The position numbers and the translations under genes were made by a program. From Eledone cirrhosa (taxonomy: Eukaryota), in the NCBI GenBank assembly GCA_964016885.1, contig OZ024743.1:85312001-85376000 (forward strand): DNA of 64,000 bases, written 5' to 3'. The notes below the pieces were generated by a model. The model was not told the DNA's origin. It searched no databases and saw only the letters and a list, made by a program, of their open reading frames with translations. Positions 56,269-64,000 of the stretch are shown here, piece by piece; within the stretch, counting starts at the first letter, position 1; each line of letters opens with the position of its first letter.

Positions 56269-57762
56269 CTTGTGGCAAGGCTGATGGTGAAGATTAAAGC
56301 ATGCCTGAGATGTTAAAAGTTTTCAACAGAGAAGATATTTTCTGGCTACTCATTTGTGCCCAGTAGCCTGAATCTCTGGAAGGGCACCTAAGCAATGGCA
56401 ATAAGGAGTGATAATCCCAATTCTCAAAAATGGAGACAAAAGAGAATGTTCCAATTATAGTGGGACCTCCTTATTAAGCCTCCCCGATAAAGTCTATGCT
56501 AAATGTCAAGCAAAGAGATGCAGGGAGATTGTCGAGTCCAAGCTAGCTGACAAACAGTGTGGTTTTCGCACCAGACACAGCACAGCTGACCAAATATTCA
56601 CACTGAAGTAGGTATTTAAGAAATCATGGGAATATTGCCAAGAGGTATATTCTCATTTGTAGACCTTGAAAAGGCATATAACCGTGTTCCTCAGGACCTG
56701 CTGTGGAAGGTTGTGCAGGAGTATGGGATTGATGGTCAGCTTCTTGCTGCCCTGATGTCTCTCTACGAATGTCTGAGTATTTGTGTTCAGATAAATAGTG
56801 CTAAATCAAAACCATTTATGTGGGAGTCAGATTCTGCCAAGTGTGTGTACTTTTCCTGTTCATTATTTTCATGAACAGGATTGACATATGCAGCTGGGTT
56901 GGAAGTAGTATCATAACTGGCAGATGTAGAATCAGTCAGCTAGAATTTGCAGGCATGATGTTACTTACCTTGACAGAAGATGATCTCCGACTTGCACTTA
57001 ATAAGGAGGTCCCACTATAATTGGAACATTCGCTTTTGTCTCCCTTTTTGAGAATTGGGATTATCACTCCTTATTGCCATTGCTTAGGTGCCCTTCCAGA
57101 GATTCAGGCTACTGGGCACAAATGAGTAGCCAGAAAATACCTTCTCTGTTGAAAACTTTTAACATCTCAGGCATGTTTTTATCTTCACCATCAGCCTTGC
57201 CACAAGATAGGTTTGATGCTGAGTGCTGCATGGCTGGAATGAAAATCAGTGCTGTGAAAACATAGACACTCGTCCAATCAAGGAAATCTGCACAGTGCTC
57301 CCTACATGTGAATGGAGTTCCATTGAAGTAGGTAGAGAAGTTAAAGTACCTTAGGGCCATGTTCACGAGTGATGGAAAGCAGGAGGCTGAATTAAGTGAA
57401 AGAATTGCAGGGGCTGGTACAGTAATGCACCAGCTTCAGCGTTTAGTAATCAGATGAAGGGAGGTAGGTGTAAAAGTCAAACTCGCTATCTTCAATTCAC
57501 TATTCAAGCCAACCCCCCTTACCTATGGTCATGAATCTTGGATAATGACCGAAAAAATATGATCGCAAGTACAAGCGGCCGAAATAGAGTTCCTCCAAAG
57601 GGTATTTGATAGAGTGCGTAGCTCAGAGAGTCACTCTAGGTAGAGCCGCTACTTCTCTGAATTAAGAGATCACAGCTCCGATACTATGGGCATGTGGTTA
57701 AAATGTCTCAGGAAAGAATCACTGGAAATATTTTACGGGTGAAACCAACCAACAGGAGACCT
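56269..57762 (+). mobile_element. Decayed RTE-clade LINE (RT to C-terminus) with internal inverted duplication
   Basis: IIPILKNGD...NY..SLLS, QCGFR, FVDLEKAYNRV, LTYGHESW, LRYYGHV; 56997-57206 is the reverse complement of 56269-56478. Confidence 0.88.
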
Positions 57763-59504
57763 GTATATATGCTTCAGCTTGTGCTCATGGGAAGTTGTTT
57801 TTTTTGTATTACTGCATATCACCAGAGATCCTGGTCATGTGTCATTGCCTTTTAGAGGTGCAGTTGGGCAAAGTCGGCTTTTATCACCTCATCCCAAGTC
57901 TTCCTGGGGCTCCTCACACCTGGCTTTCATCGACTTTGAGCACTCTGCAACTTTTTATGCATAGTATTGGTGCCTATATTTTGAAATGCTCTAGTGACTT
58001 TTGGGTGCCCATGTACATGTGTGTGTGTTCTGCCTACATTGCCTTTTTGTATGGTGGGATTCTTACACGTAGTATGTCGAGTTTATGCTTATCATCATTT
58101 CATTTTACGTCTGCTTTTCCCTGCTTGCAAGGGTGTGACGGGAACTGATTCTGGCTTGATTTCTACAGCTGGATGCCCTTCCTAACACCAACCTCATTTA
58201 CAGTGAGTGCTGGGTGCTTTTTTGCCGTGGCACCTCCACGACCACTTTACAGTGGAATGATATGGACCCCAGTCCCTATCATCTCATTTCTACAGCTGAG
58301 TAAACTGGAGCAATGTGAAATAAAGTGTCTTGCTCAAGGAAACAACACATCACCCGGTCTGAGAATTGAACTCACAACCTTTCGGCTGCAAGGCCAATGC
58401 TCTAACCGCTAAGCCATGTGCCTCCATCGCTAAGCCATGTGCTTATATATATATATATATGAGTGTGTGTGTGTTGTGTGTTTGGTGTGTGCGAGGGTGT
58501 GTTGGTTATGGTCGTTTGTGTCCTTGTGTTTTGTGTCTATTTTTCTTAATGATTTGTTTTTAGGCCAGTAATTAAAACCGTTTTAAAGCAGTGCCCTTAT
58601 CCTATGTTATCTCCCTTGTATTTAGATCAGCTCAGTACTTATAAATTTGTATTGTCTTGTATTAAGCTCTAACTGATAAACTTTTACTTTCATAATTTGT
58701 TAATACAATTTACTCCATTATGAGAAAATTCACTGTTCATTTCCTTAATATCCATTTACTGGTAATTCTATTGTTATTTTGGTATTTATGTCAATATAAA
58801 CGGACAATTCAATTTCAATCAGTTGTTTTTGCTGATGAGAATCATTTCATTCATTCATCATTTCATTTTACGTCCGCTTTTCCCTGCTTGCTTTCCCTGA
58901 TTTTGGCTTGATTTCTACAGCTGGACGCCCTTCCTAACACCAACCTCATTTACAGTGAGTGCTGGGTGCTTTTTTGCCGTGGCGCCTCCACGACCACTTT
59001 GCAGTGGAATGATAGGGACCTCAGTCCCTATCATCTCATTTCTACAGCTGAGTAAACTGGAGCAATGTGAAATAAAGTGTCTTGCTCAAGGAAACAACAC
59101 ATCACCCGGTCTGAGAATTGAACTCACAACCTTTCGATTGCAAGGCCAATGCTCTAACCACTAAGCCATGTGCCTCCATGTGGAGAATATGGAGATAAAT
59201 CAATGGATAATCATTGTTTATAATATCAATAATGTAATTATTTTACCGTTGGTTATTGATTAATTGTATATCTATCACCATCAATTGAAACATTTGTAAA
59301 AAAATAAATGTTGTTAAATTGATTGCTATCTCACACAAACACATTCATTGGATGTGCAATGTAAGTTTGAGAGAAAGGCAGAGCTTGATGAGCCGAGGGA
59401 GAAGCTGAATTTAAGAGGAATCCAAAGTGGTGTGTCGGAGCGAAGACTGCATTGGTACAGACATGTAATACACATGGATGATGATTGATGGGTGAAGTGC
59501 CAGC

Positions 59505-59790
59505 AGCGATTTGGACAAAGCACATCTCTCTAAAATTGTCAAGAAGGCTGAGGATGTCTTAGCATTACTCAGTAAGATCTTTGTCAGCCGCTCTCCAGCT
59601 ATCTTTTTAAAGCTGTATATAGTTATGATGCGTCCACACTTAGAATTTGCATCACAAGTCAGGAACTCTTATCTTGCTCAGAATCTCCTGGAAACTGTTC
59701 AGAGACGTGCAACCAAATGAATACCCTCCATCAGGGATCTACCATACTCTGAGTGACTTGCTTCCTGATGTCAGACAACTGACTTGGTAG
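59505..59790 (+). mobile_element. CR1 internal fragment
   Basis: SKIVKKAE..L...RPHLEFAS...LETVQRRATK, same family as the other CR1 copies. Confidence 0.8.
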
Positions 59791-60294
59791 AGACTGAACT
59801 CACTGACAAGGATTTGATGTGGCAATCTGGTGCTATTCATGTGGTGGACGTGACTTGTGTCTTGAGGTAATGTTTATTAAACATGGCTTCAATGCTGTAG
59901 GCATTGGACCAAAGAAGGACTGCAAGCTTGCTGACATAGTCCTCTCATATGATGCTCATAACTAACCAAAGTCTTTAAGGAAATTTTTTTTTTCTCAGAA
60001 TGGCTGAAAATTGATACTGCAAGCAAGATTAATCTGTTACAATTAATCTGATACCATCATGAAACTCTGAGTACTGACAAAAACATATACTTAGTTGCCA
60101 TGTATTTTAAGTAATATAAAATACTTCTATGTTTATATATCGAGGGTTCATTCTATTATAATTACAATTCATCCACAGAATATGATATATATGTGTGTGT
60201 GTATTCATATATACACACATATCTACATATATATATATATATATATATATATCATCATCATCATCATTTTATGTCCGTATGTATATATATATAG

Positions 60295-61640
60295 GTGACA
60301 GAATTATTCAACTTATAATAGCTGTAGGAAATAGAATGGTGACAATTACATCTACCCATGCACCACAAGCCGAACTAAATAAGTAACAAGAGGACTGCTT
60401 CTATGAGGAACTCTTACTGACAACCTCAGTTACTGATGACAGAGACCTCATCATCTTGGTAGACAATTTCAATGGACATATTGAACAGTATCAGGATGGA
60501 TTCACTAGAGTTCACAGCAGCTATGGTTATGGTTCAAGAAATGAAGAGAGAGTGAGGCTCCTGGAATTCTATGATACAAATGAATTAACCATTTGCAACA
60601 CAAATTTCAGGAAACCAACCAGCCACCTTGTCACATACCAATCAGGCAAACACACATGCCAGATTGATTTCTTACTTGTAAGATGAGATAGACAGACATT
60701 GATAAATGCTAAGGCCTTCCCCAGGGAAGAATGTGCCATCCAACACAAGTCAGGCATTAGGGATATCAGGATAAAAACAAAATGGAACAAGGTACACAGG
60801 AAAATATAGAGATGAAATGTTTGGAAGTTAAAAGACCTTTTGGTTAAATATAGGTATAGAAAAGCCCTACAGGAGGCATTGTCCTCTATATCATATGTAG
60901 ATATTATTCATCTTGCTTCTCCAGGCCATAAAAGAAGAGTTTATGAGAAATTCTCTATGTGGATGATCTGGTCCTTAAGTGCTAATAATTAGGAAAGAAG
61001 ATAGGACCCCGATTCCTTTAGGGAAGTGACCCTGTTCAATATGTAGAAAAGGTGTAGGTATAAACTCTATATGATGTACACAATGTAAATCTTGGGTACA
61101 CAAGAGATGTAGTGGGATAACAGGTAAACTAACAGGAAGGGAAGACTTTGTATGTAAAAGATGCAACAGGGGTAATTGAGGGTGTCAGTGATATAAACCT
61201 TTACCAATCACATGAAGGATCCTTAGAAGTAGTTGATAGCTTCTATTATCTAAGTGACCTAAATAGTTGTGGAGGAGGCTGCTTCAAGAGCGTAAAAGCT
61301 AGAATAAGGATAGGATGGAAGTTTAGAGAGCTACTCCCACTGTTGACAACAAAAGATTTCTCCTTATGTACAAAAGGTTTCTCCTTATGTACAAAAGGAT
61401 GGTTGTATGACGCAGGTGTTCGAAGTGCAATAGAGCATGGTAGTGAAACATAGGCAGTAACTGCAGAGGACATACACAGACTGAAAAGAAATGAAGCTAC
61501 CATGCTTCGCTGGATGTGCAATGTTAATGTGAGAGAAGGAAAAACTGGGTTTAAGAGGAATTCAATGTGGTGTGCAATAGAGAAAACTGTGTTGGTACAG
61601 ACATGTGATGTGCAAGGATGACGATCACTGGGTGAAGAAG
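60295..61640 (+). mobile_element. Decayed, internally deleted RTE (BovB-like) LINE
   Basis: EN remnant DNFNGH..GYGSRNEE..RLLEF..TYQSG..QIDFLL; Cys cluster PCSICRKGVG..CTQCKSWVHKRC; VVDSFYYL..HGSET. Confidence 0.8.
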
Positions 61641-61970
61641 ATGTTTGGTTTATGAAATATGTGTCAGGAAAGATGGCTGATGTCTAAGTAAATATAGATG
61701 ATGTGTTAGATCTAGTATAGGTGTGTGGTTTATAGTTGGCTTTGTTTTACTGAGTGTATTATTTATGAGTTGGGACATTCAGTAATTAGTTTGCACTTGT
61801 TCTAGATGTATCTACATTCAGATTTAAGTATTTGATGGTTGTATTTGCTTATATATATCTGCTCTGTTGGTCATTCTACATGTCAACTCACTGTGTTCAG
61901 GTTCTCTTCCTGCACAGGACGCCCTGACACGCACCCTCAGTGTGAACAGAGGCTTATTTTTTCTTAATAA

Positions 61971-62005
61971 CTTCGACGTGTCAGGCTTTAGCCCTTCTTC
62001 AGGAG
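61971..62005 (-). ncRNA. Decayed Penelope-type hammerhead motif
   Basis: CUC-CUGAAGA-A-GGGC UAAA GCCU-GACA-CG-UC-GAAG; GAAA box reads GACA. Confidence 0.45.
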
Positions 62006-62916
62006 TACAAAAATAGAGACAGGATCACAAAGGATAGATACAGAGAATAAAAGGTAGTTTGAGGTAAAAAAAAATGAACATAATGAGAGTAGACAACACA
62101 AACCATTAGGTAGTCTTGGTAATGATTTTGGAACACAAAGTGAATATATATATCTAGTATATATTCACAAGTTATATATGTATAACTAGACCACACGTGA
62201 CCGTTGGGTGACGTTCACTTCAAAATATCTTTTAAAAATCATGTTCACTTTAAAATAATTCTTAAATAATTAAAATATACACAGACATGTATATAATGTG
62301 AAATGAAACTGGAAGGCCCATATATATACGTGTGTGTATGTATATATATAAATGTGTGTGTGCGTGTATACATATATATGTATGTGTATATATATACATG
62401 TGGGTGTCTGTGATCTATATACACTGGTCATAGACACACACACACATATACACTCACATAGATATATACAACACCACCAGCTCTCTTCCATTCTCCTTCT
62501 CTGTCTCCTCTCCCTCTCTCTATGTCTCTCTTTCAATCTGCTCTCTCATAACCACTATCTCTTTCTCTCTATCCTTCTCTCTCTCTATTTATAAAGGTAC
62601 CCAGAGAACCCCATATCTCGGGAAACCATGCTTCAATTATGCAAAACTTGTTTTATTCCAATTATATTCCCATTTCAGGGGCAACTTCCTTTCAAAGTAT
62701 TTTCCCATTATGCACTCTTTTTGCTGTATTACATTACAGGCAAGCAAGCAATCACAGAGTTTTAGTAGTATACTAGACCACCCATGATCGTTGGGTCACA
62801 GAGCAATCACAGAGTTTTAGTATTATATAGATATCGCAATATATTACATATATCACAATGGTATATATTTGACAGATAAATGAAGACATCAAAGTGTGAG
62901 TGTTGTAACAACTTAC

Positions 62917-62998
62917 CTCTAGATCAAGTGTTGACTTATACTGATGACTCCATCGGGGCACAATGTAGGGTAGAACACTGTCTAATAGGGAGATGAAT
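62917..62998 (-). CDS. HECTD3: HECTD3 coding exon (most 5' exon in window)
   Basis: ttttag|A TTC ATC... encodes (R)FISLLDSVLPYIVPRWSHQYKSTLDLE, then GTAAGT donor; resembles the vertebrate HECTD3 RFIKILDSVL..LVPAW segment; phase 0 into next exon. Confidence 0.88.
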
Positions 62999-64000
62999 CT
63001 AAAATATAAAAAGTAGGGGTGAGATAATATAGAGAGGGGACATCAAAGTACAAGGGAGTGGCTGTGTCTAATAGAGATATGAACCTGAAATATAAGCAGT
63101 AGGGTGAGATAAGATCAGGATACAATGTAGGGTGGGATAGTCTGTGGGGGAAGTGGATGTGTGTGATAGGGGAAGTTTATGGTAGGAACATCAGGTTAAA
63201 GTGTGTGATGGGACTAAATGTGGTGAGGCAGTGTGTGGTGTGACTGGAGTTTCTACCAACAACTTTTCTATAAATTGAGCAAAGCCATCACCCAGGTGGT
63301 ACCATGACCCTTCCCTATTTCCTACATACCAAGAATTTGGTCTTTGCTAAGTTTACTCTAAGGTCTTTCAACCTGTGTGTTTGGGTAAACAATTTCTACT
63401 TTCACCCTTATATAGGATCTGCTGAAATTATTACTACTATATATGTATAGATACTGATGGTAGTACTAACATAACATTCTGCACAATAGGTGTATATATA
63501 CACAATAGGGGTGTATATGAAAACATATATGATATGTTTATGTTAAATAAACACTTGAGAGCCTTGCTACGAAAGAAAAAACATTTTTTGCTATAAAAAT
63601 ATAATTACAGCCATCTGAGAGAATGGTAGACAGCTGTTTCAAGATTTGTTAATCTCTCATCAGTAAGACTCATTCACCTGGTACTGAAATGAAAACAGAA
63701 TAAAGCCTATGTAGATTTTGCATATTGAACATTTGCTGGAAATGCTCATTTGCAAATAGCAAATAAAAAAACCTGGCTGATAATGTTCATTTGCATATAG
63801 TAAATAAAAAGCTTGGGCTGATAATGCTCATTTGCATATAGTGTGAACTTAGCTGATTATAATTAATTAGCAGTAGCACTAACATAACGTTGTTCACAAT
63901 AGGGTGTATATGAAAACATATATGATATGTTTATGTATAATAAAACGAGAGCCTCACTATGAAAGAAAAACATTTTTTCCTTATGAACATTTTTTTTCTC

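Overview
AT-rich, repeat-dense metazoan DNA, most likely Octopus (inferred from the tRNA-derived CORE-type SINEs, RTE-tailed (ATC)n repeats and abundant microsatellites). One host gene is recognisable: the 3' part of a HECTD3-type HECT E3 ubiquitin ligase on the minus strand. I traced 11 coding exons from 62998 to the stop at 19658; all introns are GT-AG, phases are consistent, and they encode about 446 aa including the catalytic Cys. Its introns hold a 15.5-kb 33-bp satellite, a 4.6-kb 19/21-bp satellite, a decayed near-complete CR1-type LINE ORF2, a GC-rich CRE-type (RT plus restriction-like endonuclease) retrotransposon, RTE fragments, SINEs and a TTAA MITE. The left 19 kb is non-coding: a SINE and a Helitron nested in a minisatellite, an (ACC/ACT)n array, and several non-coding foldback or tandem elements embedded in (AT)n tracts. 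Those elements carry intact-looking or decayed minimal hammerhead-ribozyme cores (Penelope-like pLTR or retrozyme-like) and are the most interesting signal here. All the long low-complexity ORFs in the track are repeat artefacts.
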